DNA from: Balanoglossus misakiensis
Lineage: Eukaryota; Animalia; Hemichordata
DNA length: 64,000 nt
Assembly: GCA_040954595.2 (NCBI GenBank)
Contig: CM082585.2
Coordinates: 10,094,564 to 10,158,563 of the forward strand
Direction of reading: 5' to 3'
In this document: positions 24,449 through 38,100 of the stretch, in pieces
Position numbering within the stretch: the stretch's first letter is position 1
Layout of the letters: each line of letters starts with the position of its first letter
Notes under the pieces: model-generated
Told to the model about the DNA's origin: nothing
The model's database searches: none
Seen by the model: the letters and a program-made list of their open reading frames with translations, nothing else
Program-made: the position numbers and the translations under genes

Positions 24449-26533
24449 ATGACTTCGACGACTGTGTACTGGAATATCAGTGGGGTGCCGGAAGAGGACC
24501 CTGTGATGTCCACAACTAGCACTGCATCAGTAACTCTAGGAACAGAAACCAGCATTGCATCGGTGACTCCAGAAACGGTGACCGGCAACAATGTGGCGGC
24601 GATAACGCTGAAGGCGATCACGTTGCTGCTGATGTTGTTTTTGTCGGTCTTCCTGAACACGCTGGTGCCATTGACCCTCTACAGAAAGTCTCACTTGATG
24701 ACAACCGGGAACCGCTACGTGTTCTGCCTGACTGTGCCAAACTGCGTGTTCACCGTCCTGGTTCTGCCGTTTGTGTTTGTCAGTGTGGTCAGCGAAGAGT
24801 GGATGTTCGGCGTCGTTTGGTGCAATTTCACCGGATTTGTGAGTGTGGCAACTCTCTCGGGAAGCACGCTGATGCTGGCTTTGATATCCCTGGACAGGTG
24901 TGTAGAACAAGAAAACTCTTGGAGATCACTAGCCCCAGCTTATGTGTACATGGAGAGCTTTTCAGGGAGAGATGAAAACCTGCCAATACCGTATATTTCT
25001 TGCTGGTATTGAGTTGTGTACAGAAGCACAGTTCAAATTTGAATATTCATTCGCTTCTCTCAAGAAGTCGTGGAAAATCCTGGGAAAAATGTAACTTACT
25101 CATTATATATTGATTGAGTCACTCATCATCAATTATGTTAAATTTGCAATATGATTGCCCATTCATTCAGTTATCAAATTCAATTATCGTTGAGATATTG
25201 AGGGTTAGCTAATTAACGTATAATTCTGTTACTCATTCCATTTTCTTCTTTTTTCAGGTACTATGCAATCGTACGTCCCATGCTGTATCCACTAGCTGTA
25301 ACGAACACTCGGTCCGTACCTTTGATAATCTGTGTGTGGATAACCGCAATCGTATTCAGTCTACCGCCAGCGTTTGGCTGGTCCAGATACGATTTCAACG
25401 AGCACAAAGCAACTTGCCTCCCAGTGTGGAATGAGCATATATCTTACACAGTGTTTCTGCTGCTTGTGTGCTACCTAGCGCCGTTTATCGTCCTAGTCGT
25501 GTGTTACAGTTATATTTTAGAGGTCGCCAGGACTAAGGCCCGAAAGGTCAATATGGGTAACATGATTTTGGAAAGCCCCAGGAGGCATAGCACCGGTGGG
25601 TCAATGGATAATCGTAGAATCAGTTTCTCAGAGGCGGACTTCCCGCAAACTGAACAAGCAAACGCCGCGAATCACCGGCGGCACAGCGACAGCAGTGCAA
25701 TCGACGCCGTCAGGAAGAGTTACCGGTCTCGCAAGAGATCACGCTCCTCATTCTCCGAGAGCCTGAAAGTGAACTCGCCGACCAAAGCTTTGAGGACGAT
25801 CTCGCTTCTCATCGGAGCACAGCTGCTGACCCTCGGCCCGATAATGATCTGCATCTCGTACGAGACCATCCGCGGGAGTGAGAGTGTGCCCGGATGGATT
25901 CTGTCCACCGTGACATTGCTGGCGTTCGCAACAACCTTCTGCTACCCGTGCATCTACGGTCTGTGGAACAAGACCTTAAGAACAGAGGCCTATAAAATTC
26001 TCTGCCAGAAGCGGAGAATGTTGGACGATGAGGAACTGCTGTTTCTGAATTCCAGGCGAGCGTCCATGACACACAGTATGAGCGACAGCATCAACGACTT
26101 GACAAAAATGCAAGTGGCGCTCCTTCAGTTCCGGGCCAACAGATCCAACTCACTGGCTTCAAATGCCACTGCAGGAAACAGCAGTGATTCTGGTAAGCGG
26201 CAGACAGATGCATGTTGAGGTACATGTAGCTAGTAGCCTAGACATGAAATGGAAAATATCAATACGTAACTTTCATCTTTTTTATTGTCCATCTTTACAG
26301 GGACTGTACTGACATGCATCGATGAAACTGATGTTGAAGAAGGAGATGTTGGAACACCGTCAGGAATCACCATGGAAACCACAAACCGATCGAGCCACAT
26401 CGTAGAAGCCACAGTCATTGTTCACGCGGAAAACGCGGGAATCAAACCGGAACTTGAGGAGGGTAGCAAGATTACTATCAAAGAAAGCAGTGACGAGGGT
26501 ATACAGTCGTTTGATGATGAAACAGAGAGGTGA
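24449..26533 (+). CDS. GPR161: Class A orphan ciliary GPCR GPR161, 3 coding exons
   Basis: Exons 24449-24897, 25258-26192, 26301-26533. Family-typical TLYRKSHL..NRYVF.LT, VLVLPFV..EWMFGVVWCNF, DRY split by an intron, LPP.FGWS, VAR.KARKV in IC3, YGLWNKTLR after TM7. AATAAA at 27333 and 27599. Confidence 0.88.
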
Positions 26534-27786
26534 AGAAATCTATCACAAAAACAGGGTACATGTAAACAGGGCAAATTGCAATGTTTTAATTATGTATCTG
26601 CGCAAGAGTCTTCTGAGAAATTTCTCTATGAACTGTTAAACTCTTTGCAGACTGTACTGATTACAGGGTCAGAAATTCAAAAGAGACAGAACTGATTTTA
26701 TTGTATTGACATGATCGGATGTAGTTCTTTGCAATGCCCTTCAAAGCTTGACATTGTATCTCATTATTTGTAAGACTGAAGGAAAGGATTTTTTAAACCC
26801 AATCACAATTTTGAACAAAATCAGCAGTTCTGGATTAAATAAATTTAAAAACTTAGCATGTGAATGAGGCTCACTTTTGATGTATTTATTACACTATTAC
26901 AACTCCAATTTCTTGTAGGGTATGATCATGTTGTTGTGTACTTAAAATTTTGTGTCTTGTAAATGGTTTTTTATGATCCAAGGCTACAAATCAGGTGTAA
27001 GTAAAGATAGGTTAATCATGAGTGGTAATTGTGTTGTTGATCACTTGCAGTTGTAGTCTTTCCAGGCCCAATGATGCAAATTCTATAATCAAAGAATTTT
27101 TTATTAAAAAATATTGTGTGTACTTACAACAGAGACTGGTCAAAACCCAACATTTAAGACCATGAATGACTATTTATTTTGTACAAAATTGTGTCTTTTT
27201 TATTGTACATACCATAGTAATTTGCTGTCTGTTGGTTTTACCTGTAACAATCAAAAGTATGTTGTGTGAAAATTTTAACAGAGTAAAACTCATTGTTCTA
27301 TATGTGGTTGCAGAAACTTAGGTGTTACCGCTAATAAAATGAGGCGGTTGTTTGTTGGTTATGTGATAATTTGCTAAATGATTTCAGTCGGTCATTTTTA
27401 ACTCAAGATTTTGATACAGTATTTGTGTGAACTGTTAAAATACTTCAACATGATACAAGGTAAAATCCATGCACATTGAAAAGTGTCAAATTTCATTTTC
27501 CAGAGTACATGTCAATCTGTTTTAAGACAATGCACTATGCAGTTTTGTGTACAAGACATTTTAAAATTATGTGAAACTATTGGTGTATTTTGTATGTCAA
27601 TAAAAAAATTAAAGTTTTACCCAAACTTGTGAAACTGGTGGTATTTTACTCCATGAAGCCAAGCAGTGACGATGATGATGATGTATGTGTGTATGTGTAA
27701 TACTCACACTCCCCTCTGACATTTATTTTGTAATGTGCCTTAGCATCTATCTTGCGGCGTAGATTCCACGTGGAACAACTGTATTT

Positions 27787-28047
27787 TAAACAAATACATG
27801 TAACGAGAACCTTTGGTTGTTATCGTCGTGCGTGCAGAAAGGTCAGCGACCTGCTGTGTAACACCGCCACCCACGACAAGGATAGGCGAGGCGTTACTAA
27901 GTAGCGTTGCTAAGGAGGTAGCGTTCGCGTGAGCGGGTACGATCGCCACGAATTTATGCGGAGTACTCAAGTTATTAACCGAAATTGTTAAGCTGATGGA
28001 ATAACTTGACATCAAACGGTACGCATTTGCCAAAAGAAACGTTGTAG
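27787..28047 (+). promoter_or_regulatory. Putative DNAH2 promoter and non-coding first exon
   Basis: CpG-rich patch; forkhead-like TAAACAAA 27787, RFX-like half-site GTTGCTAAGG 27906, donor TAG|GTAAGC at 28047/28048, acceptor TTTTGACAG at 29118 just before the ATG. Confidence 0.45.
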
Positions 28048-29131
28048 GTAAGCGATCTTGTGGATTTTGCGTAGTTCATAGACTGTAGGTCAGTTGTTGA
28101 CATTGCGCCATCTTGGATTCCACTGATTGGGGTAACTGACTCCCAGGGAGGATTGATTTCGAGCTGTGTGCGCCCATTCTGTTGTCCGATCGTCAACATT
28201 TTGACAAAAAATCACGACCTTTACAATGAAGTTTAAATCTAGACATATCAAAAATCAATCGCGCACCCTGATTTTGAGTATGCACAATCCGATCTTGCGA
28301 ATGATCTTCAATAACTTCGTGCATTTGAGTTCATCGTGTGTACATTACAGTCTGTAAGTGATCGATATCGATTGTGGTCGCTTCCAGAAGTCGATTTGGT
28401 TACGATATGGTTCTCAGGGTCCAATGAGTAAAAAATAAAAGCGACGAAGCGATGGTGATGATGATTGTTGATGTTGTTGTTGTTGTTAGGGGAGAACCAT
28501 TTGATTTCGGGGGGGGGGGTGAAGGATTTTTGGAAATCAACAATTTGTTGGCTGATAGTGCAAGGGGGGAATCTTCTGTAATGCCTTGAGACAAAAGTAG
28601 GACTGGTACCAGTAATAGAAAAATATGCGCTTACACTGGCTGAACAAAGAAAATTACTGATATACCCAAATCCTGGTTCTTTATGCATTAAAAGGGACAG
28701 TACATGTAGCTGTACCCCCTGTTGCTCAAAAGTTTTCAGTATTTTTGTTACATGTTTTTTATACTTTCTTATTCTACTTTTTACTCATTAAAACTTGTTG
28801 AATTCCAAGTATTCGGCTTGTCATACTTATAATCAGCACTTTTATTGTTGACAGTTGAATATACTTAGTAAGTGAAAGTCCACAATAAAATTAAAATGCA
28901 ATTTCCAAATACTTTGTTGACAAGCTGAATATTTCAGGCATATGCTTTAGACATTAGAAAAGAAAACTGTAGTTATTGCACAGACCAAAACAGTGAAATA
29001 CAATATAACCATCAAAGTGGTAGTTTCCTAAATGCCATTTTTATGTAGAACATATAAAGAAAACTTGAATGATGACAAATGTAATAAATAAGAATTTTGC
29101 AAACACTCCTTTTGACAGATAAATTGTAAAT

Positions 29132-32100
29132 ATGTCTGAGCAAGGTGAAACAGGAACAGGCGGGTCAGTGAAGAATGGTACCCCGGCACCATCAGACGTG
29201 GCCAGCCATCAAGGTGGTGGTGGCGGTGCACAAAGTGATAGTCCAGAAGTGTCTAAGATTGGCGAAGGATCAGAAGTTGGAACCGGTAGAGCTGGATCCA
29301 GGTCTTCAAGGGTGTCAGGTAAGAGTGTCTGTCACTTCTTTGACGTAATTTGAATGGCATCAATAAAATGCATCATGGTGACTCGTTCTAATCAATTTTT
29401 GGTGTTTCCGTTTAGGTCAGGTGAGCACAACAGGTGAGGGCGGGAATCAACACACATCATTGGTGAATGGTGAGCTCGTGTTGGCAGGCGAGGGTGAACT
29501 AGCCAATGTGGATGAGAATGGAGAGGTAGAAGCGGTTGAGGAAGGGGAGCCTCGAGAACCGTCCCCTGAACCTGTGGACTTGGTGAGTATTTACCCTTTC
29601 ACCACTATGGTTCAGTCCAAACCCATTGTTTTCTATGGTGAGATTAGACCTCGAAAGAGGGAACTGGGGTGAAAGGGTAAAAGGGATACAATCACCCCTC
29701 GAAGTTGTAAATTAAAATTAAATTAACAGATACACAATGATTTTTTCTTCTCGGGTTTTAAGAAAAATGCAATAGAAAAGTGCTTTTCTCTAGACTTCAC
29801 TTATATTGGGACTCACTATATACCCACTGCTTCGAACAAAGAACAGTATTTTTCAAGTTGTAATATTGCAATCAGATTATTAAGAATGATTTTTAAATGT
29901 TCCACAGAAAATTCTAGTGAAGGACAGAGTAATCCTGACCGGAGTGACGTCAGACATGTGGAAAGAGGACCATGACGTGGCCATCACCAAATTCCTGCAG
30001 ACCAACGGAGTCAACAGATTGCTTGTAGTGTACCTAGATACCCTGAATGGACTTGTAGTTGACAGTTGCATACCGCCCCAGACCGTGGATGAACTGTGTT
30101 ACTTCATCAGGACAGAGAGCGTTGCTATTACGGCGGACAATTTCTTGAAGTATGTGCAGTATGGGACTGTACATACTGGCCACATTGAGAGTCTTCTCCG
30201 ACTGATGCATGGCATTTACTCACCGATATTTATTGAAAACAAGTCTTGGCCAGATAGTATCCTTTTCATGCACACACACCGTAATAATTATGTCTTATTG
30301 GGTAATTTGGTGAATTATGACAATGTGTTGATTTGAAATTTACCATGAATTCTGAAAGAATGAGTGGTGAGGTCAGAATATTCAACCTGTCTTCAACAGG
30401 AACGATCACCCCATGGAGACAATATTTTCCAGAAAGACAATCTCTGATATGTAAAAATTGCAGTTCATTGTTGTTACTTTCCTTAACAAGTTTCCCCCAC
30501 AGGCATTAAAAATGACTTCTCAGCCCAGCTGCACAGATTCATGGCTAGTCTTACGGACACCCATTACAAAATGCAGGGACACACTGTCTTGTACATTCCA
30601 AACGAAGGACTCAACTTGCCACCAGAGAGAGCTGCTAAAGACAAAGAACTTGTTCAAAGATTGGAAAGTAAGTGATATCAAAGATTACTGTGTTGAGCAG
30701 TTGCATTGATTACATGTATTATATTGCGTTACGGTAGCTCACAAAATGAAATCTTCACTTTTTATTTTGTAACATTTCAGCCGCCATGGTACACTGGACC
30801 AGACAGATCAAGGAGGTCCTTGCCAACCAGGACGCCTTTGAAACAGCGGAGAACTCGGGCCCCCTAGAAGAGATTGAATTCTGGAGAATGAGGTGTGAAG
30901 ATTTGTCCGGCATCAGCTCGCAGCTGGAGAAGGAAGGAATCAAGAAAATTGAAAATATCCTGGAATTGGCCAAGTCTTCCTACGTCAAGTCATTCAAGAA
31001 ACTAGCAAAGCAAATCCAGGTAAATATGGTGTAATGCCTGCTTCTTCAGTGTTTAATAATTAAATAATACCTGGCTATTAATGTCACAGGTTGTGTGCCT
31101 TTCGTGCAAATTAAACCCGGACTTGCGCTCAAGATTACAGATGTAACCATGTTCTGTTTAAATCCCTTTGCAGGATGGCTCGGCACAAGCACAGAGCAAC
31201 TTGAAATTCCTGTCGATCCTGAAGGAGCCTTGCGAAGAACTGGCCCAGGCTCGGCCCAAAGACATCCCTCAGATGTTGACTAAGCTGATCAACTTGGTGC
31301 GCTTCATCTGGGTGCATTCAGATCACTACCACAGCCGAGAAAGACTGACTGGACTTTTCAGAAAGGTAAGCGGAGGCTTCTTACAACTAAAATCCACTCG
31401 AGGGAAATTAAGCCAATAACTGTTTGACCATAAGACAGTAGAGGGGGGAGCCTCCAGTCTTTACCCCTCTACTGTCTATGGTTTGACTGCAACCACTGTA
31501 AATGTGTATCATATCCTACAATATTGTTAATATTTGGGTTTGTATAATTAACAGGTAAAATAAGTATAATTCTGATAGTATGTACTTTTCTAAGCATGGA
31601 CACCATCTGCTCAGAGTGTGACTCTAGTACTTATTTACGATGTTCCTGTTTGTGTTTTTACAGTTCAGTAATGAAATTATCCGCCGTTGCTGTAAGGAGA
31701 TCTCACTGGAAAAACTTTTTGATGGTTACGTCATCTCAAGCATGAGAAGTCTCAATGAGAGCATTGAATGCTGCAAGTCGTGGAAGGAAACATATAACCA
31801 GGTCAGTAGATCTGAAAATATATATCTCTTTTTGTTGTTTCAGCTATATTGTTATCATATAGTACCGGTAGATACATACTCTGCTGTCTCTGAATTTTCA
31901 TCATTAGATTATAAAGCTCAGTGTTCTCATATATGTTTGATGTTTTCTCAAAATCTGTCTATCCAGGTTCGCACAATGCATCACAAGTTCTCCAAGGAAG
32001 GCTGGGTTCTGGACCAAACCAGCATCTTCGCACAAGTGGATGCATTTGTACAGAGATGTAAAGATCTTCTTGAGGTAAGAGTGTAACTACATGTACATTG

Positions 32101-35100
32101 TGTATATGCCCTGTCCATTGTGCCCGCAACCTGTTTTGTGACTGTATACATGTATTGTGATGGAAGTGTTTTCACCAGAAGTCCTTGGTGTTTATTTCCA
32201 GGTTTGTGAGTGCCAGACCCACTTTGCCCGAATGGAAGATGGCAACAAGAAGCCAATGCCCTGCTTTGCTGGCCAGAGAGGGCCGGAGATCGCCCGTAGT
32301 CTGCTGGAGATCGAGGGAACATTTGATAAGAATCTACAGATTCTAAGAGACGTGAAGAACACAATTCTGGACGTCAAGGCAACAACGTGGCATGATGACT
32401 ACAACAGGTGAAGATGTCAATTACGATTTTATCATCTATTTCTATCTATTTGGCATCAATATGTTTATCCTCACTGCCACCACCCCAGTACACAAATGAA
32501 ACCCCATTCACAAGTGCAGATTGGTCAAGTCTAATACATATGTTCAATATCCAGATTGACCAGTGTACAGGCAAGATACATGTAAAAAGGGGTACCTCTA
32601 GTCTAATCAACCCTACAGCTTTCAGTGGAAAAAAAAATAGTGGGAATATACCACATGTACCAATAAATGAAAGTTTTGTATATCCACTGTAAGAATTCAA
32701 TCTTTATTGTTTTTTCCTCCGCAGATTCCGAGCAGGTATTAAGGACTTGGAAGTGATGATGCAGAACGTGATAACGTCAGCCTTTGAGACTGTGACTACA
32801 GTAGAACAAGCGATTGAAATTCTGGATGTCTTCATGCACTTAGCATCAAGAGAGGTTAGTTGTGAAATTTTATATGTTTCATTGCCATCAGGTGCATGGA
32901 AAATGATATGTAACTACATTTACAACTCTCTTAGAAATATTATTTTAGCATTGATATAAATTTCTATTAGAATGATGAGGACAAAAAACACTGACCTGCT
33001 ACTTTTGGTATTCTCACAGGCGATTAGAAGAACCATTGACAAGAAGACGGTGGAAGTGTACGCTCTGTTCAATGAAGAAATGAATCTTGTCAAGAAGGAG
33101 ATGACTAAGAAGAGCCCAGATCTGGGACCTATGATGCCAAAATATGCCGGCCAGTCACACTGGGCGAGGTCGTTGAAAAGACGTATTGACAGATCCATGG
33201 AGGTGAGATTGTGATTAGAGTAGCGAGCTTTCTGCTATAATACCTGCAGAGAATGTACAAGAGATTCAAATAATGAAAATGAATATCGGTGAAAAGTAAC
33301 ATGTTAATAGATTGTGATGTTTCTGTCGTTCACATACTAGGTTCTGAACAAAGCATACTTCCTGCCACAAATTGGCACAGGCGAAGAGGCCAGAACACAG
33401 TACAACCACTTAGCGATCGCGCTGGACGAGTTCACCAGAAAGACATTCAATGAATGGACGCAGACGGTGGACAAGGACTCGATCAAACTGCTAGACAAGC
33501 CTCTCTTATGTAGGAGCATGGAAAGACAGGCCATGTTGGACATGAACTTTGACAAGTAAGTTAGATCTAGGGTATCCCCACCCACCCACTTTTCCCAGTA
33601 CATGGGTCTAACCATGTACCAAGTCTGATGGCAAAAAGATGACAATTTAGCACCACTGTTCATGTGAATAAGTGGGGGCAGGCTTCTAAACAAATGACGT
33701 TGCATATGGGAATATTTTTGAGACTTAAGAATGAACATATCATTCTTTTTTTTCTTTCTTTAACTTTATTAGGACTCTTCTGAAGTTGTTCAATGAGATC
33801 TACTACTGGGAGAAGTTGATGTTTGAAATCCCTCACTATGTGACAGAAGTGTACCAGAAGAGGGAAGACCTCAGAACTCTCAGAGAAAATGTGCTTCTAG
33901 TGGTGCGAGACTACAACAGGTACAGTCAGAACTTGGCTATTGCAGCTTCCATTATTATAGCATACATGTATAGTCATCAGGTTTCAACTGTAAAAAGAGA
34001 TATCTTGATGCAACATCTCAAAACACAATCACATTCAAGCCAGTCGCTCACACCTGTCCTTTTCCCTGCAGAATCATAGCCGCATTATCCATCGAGGAAA
34101 GAGGCCTGTTCCGGGAAAGAATACGTTTCCTGGATAAGAAGATCCATCCTGGTCTGACCAAGCTGACCTGGGCCTCCAAGGGCATCTCGGATTTCTTCGT
34201 TGCAGAGTGCAGACTCCATGCCGGCAAGGTAAGTCCACAAACATCTATACATATAAAGTGCATGCTTTTAGGCTTGTAACCCTATGTGTAAGGATTTTAA
34301 CTTGTGAAAGTGCTGCAATAAAGTCTAGCTAGGAAGGTTTAATTTAATCGCAATGCTATTCTTACTTCCCCAGGTGCAAGCAATTGTGGATGACTACAAG
34401 ACAGCCAACCTGACCATCTCAAGAAACTGCAAGAGAATCAGCGAGATGCTGCTGATTAAGATCGACGGCAAGAGAGTCTACGACAATCTGGAGTTTGAAG
34501 ACGAACAGCACAGACACAGAAACAACATTCAGAAGAGGCTGGCCATTATTCATGACGAGATTGTCAGCACTATGAGACACACGTATGAAGTCTTCAGAAC
34601 AGATGGAACAGAGGTAATGAAAACGGTGATGTCATGTTTGCTAATCAACCCACCAAACGATTACTATAGTTGGTACCCCAAACATGTCTGTCAATGGAAA
34701 ATGTTTCTTTGGCCTATCAGTCCAGTATGGGTTTTACTGTGTTTTGTCACACGTTAACGGCAGAATGTTATCTCTCTGCACCAGGTTCAAAATCACTGGT
34801 ACAGGTATACAGAGAAGATGGACAGAATGGTGGAGGAGGCGTTCCGACTGAATGTCAAATGGTCGTTACAAGAGCTGTCCAGAGCGATCAACGGCGATGG
34901 CAAGAGTTCGCCAAACCCTCTGTTCAGAGTCAAAGTGGTGCTGGAAGGAGATAAGGTAAGGAAATCCAAATGGTGAAAATAGTCGGGGGAGATGTACAGT
35001 AGTGGGTGAGGGAGAGGGTAGGGGAGGGAGGTTAGGGGGTTTGGTAGGGAACATATATCATTTGAATCAAAGTGTATCACTGTCATCTTATGTCTATTCT

Positions 35101-38100
35101 GCAGGTTGAATTTTCTCCGACACTGAAGAAACTTGCCAACATTGTGAACAATACAAGTAGCCACTTGACTGTAGCCATCTCATCCATCCAGAGACTTCCA
35201 GACTTACTTACGAGAAGAAGGTCCACCAAAGAAGTAAGCAGTCACAAATAAATGTTGTACTTGTATTTGTGTATTGCTGAATTTAATTCTGACCTGAAAT
35301 GTATCACTAAAAAGGTCTTACATGTCGTAATTATGTTCTTTTGTTGATTTCAGCCAATCTATGTGGTCATTGAGAAAGATGATGAAACCAAGAAAATCCA
35401 AAACACCATCAACTCCGGCATGCAGTCCAATGCCACACATTTACAGAATTACCTCACAACGTGGGACAGGTAAGACAATCACTTACCGCCTCTGGGACGG
35501 GTCAGGCACAAATGTGTCATGGTGAAACTTAGGTGCGCAAAACCCAAGCTGAACTTGAAACTGCCTTAACCCTGAGGGTTGAGGGCAACACTATTTTAGA
35601 GTACAATTAATCTAAATGTTTTGTGTTTTTTGTGTCTGTCTAGTTACCGTGAGATCTGGGAGATCCAGAAAGATGCCTTCATCAGAAGATACCAAAGACT
35701 CAACCCTCCAGTGTCATCATTTGATGCAGACATTGCAAGGTAATGTAACAATCCAACACTGCCACAGAATGATCAAATATTGGGATGATGACAAAACTGT
35801 TACTTTGCTCCCGACTTATTGTGCATATCACTGCTACAGATACATACTATTGCAGCATGAGATTCATTGTATAATATCTCGCTTACAGATACACGGAAGT
35901 TGCCAACAACGTGCAGAAGGAGGAAACGGTTCTCAACATCCAGTTTGTGCTGCTGGACTGCTCCCCGCTCAAGTTCGCTTTGCTCAGTCACTGCAACGAA
36001 TGGCAGAACAAGTTCACCACGCTGCTACGCGACATGGCCAGCCAGAAACTGACGGAGCTGCACGCGTTTCTCAAAGACAATGCGGAAAGGTGGGTGTGAG
36101 AAGAAGATGTTCTCAGATATCGATTGATGGTCTGAAAGAATGTTGAGTTCACAGATCGAGGAAAATGGCAATATAAACTTTTGATTGATTGATTGATCAG
36201 ATTGATTGATTGATTGATAAAAGAAAGAGAATCAAACCATCTAATGTACGGTGTGTGACGTTCCCTCCACAGATTGAGCAAACCACCACAGACTTTGGAC
36301 GAGCTCGGCGATAGTCTGAACTTGCTCGAAACCCTGCAGAACGACTTGTCCAAGATCGAAGCCAGGTTCCCGCCACTGCACGAACAGTTCGCCATCTTGG
36401 AGAAGTATGACGTCAGCATTCCGGAGGAGGTAAGTCCAAAGTGTAGCTGTGGAATTTTGCTATTTTGGTAAAGATACATCTGTTTGTTTTGTTTTGCTTG
36501 TTTTTGTCTTTGCGTATAACATCTTGGAAACTTCTGTTGATTCCAGACGCAGAAAATGTTAGATGACCTGAGCAATGAATGGGTGAGCTTCCAACAGTGT
36601 CTGATGGACAGCGATGTTATGCTGAAGAAATACAAAGAAAAGTTCAAGAGTGGTCTCATCGCATCAGCTGAGGAGTTCAAGAAGAACGTACACAACCTGT
36701 ATGATGATTTCCACAGCAATGGTAAGGATTTGATATTGTAATTTGTCCAGTGAGTACAGACATTACAGTTGAACTGGACACAAAATGGACTGAAAAGAAT
36801 TATTGTTTGCCGAATCATGATTTAACTGTTTTTGCCAATATGGTTTGGTCCAAATCCATTCTGTTTGTGATAAAGCTAGATTGCTACAAACGGAATGGAA
36901 GGGTTAAACTTATTTATTATTCTGTGTTCTAGGTCCATTCAGTAGCAACATTGAATGCGATGAAGCACTGAGGCAGATCGCTGAAACCAGATCCAGGTTG
37001 AACGACCTCAAGGATCAGGAAGCAACTATCAAACGAGGCCTTGGAATCTTCAAGATCGACCAACCCCCGAACAAGGAGGTCATCGCACTGGATAAGGTAC
37101 GAGGTGTAGAACCCCACATTTGAGTCTGACCGCCCTATGTTCGAAATGATATAGCTCTGCTTGCTTCAAGAATTATGAGTTATGGAAAAATCAAAATTGT
37201 TTTGAAGTCTACTTTGCCTCAGAAAAGTTTGTTTATTGTGGTGACAGAATCTATCATAATAGACTACTGGCTATAGTATTGCTGGCTGTGCTGTTATGAA
37301 ATTATTAATTTACCGATAAATGTTGACTATGCTTTGAATGGTCTTTTGTGCGGTAGGATCTCGACTACATTGAACAAATATGGACACTGACCAAGGAATG
37401 GGAAGGGCTGTGGAATGACTGGAAAGTGGGGAAATTCACCAGCCTGGTCACAACGGACATGGAGATGACGGCGCAACAGTTGTACAAGAAACTGAACAGG
37501 CTGAGTCGAGAACTCAAGGTAAAGTTTCAGATGTTGTTTGTCTTTTGGAGCCCTGGTTAAACTGTACTGTGTTCAGTGAATATTGTCGTACCTTATGTGG
37601 TAGCAATTATTTTCGATATTGATGGTACGTTTCATACACATGACTTTCATTGTACAGGATAAGAACTGGGAGATAGTTGAGACATCCAAGAGCAAGGTAG
37701 ACCAGTTCAAGAGGACCATGCCCCTGATCACCGACTTACACAACCACGCCATGCGAGAAAGACACTGGATCCAAATCAAGTCAGAATCCGGCAAAGTCTT
37801 CGACCACACAACCGACGACTTCACTCTGGAGAAGATCATTGAATTGGGTCTGGATCAGCATGCTGAGCAGATCAGCGACGTGTCTGCAGCGGCCACTAAA
37901 GAGTTGGCCATTGAACAGGCCATCCAGGCCATCAAAGAGACCTGGGATGAAACGTTGCTGGATATTGGACCTTACAAGGACAGGGGTCACTTCCGACTCA
38001 AGTAAGTAGGCCACCGAGCAATCTGATTAAATTAAGATGTATTGTTAGGCGCTGTCTTTACTTTTGCTGATTCTTGGCTGTTCCGTTCGGAAGGGGCCCA

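Noticed and set aside
35988-36818. 276-aa antisense ORF and other antisense ORFs over DNAH2 and the LRR gene
   Set aside because: Shadow frames of coding exons plus intronic microsatellite; no domain signal or minus-strand splice structure.
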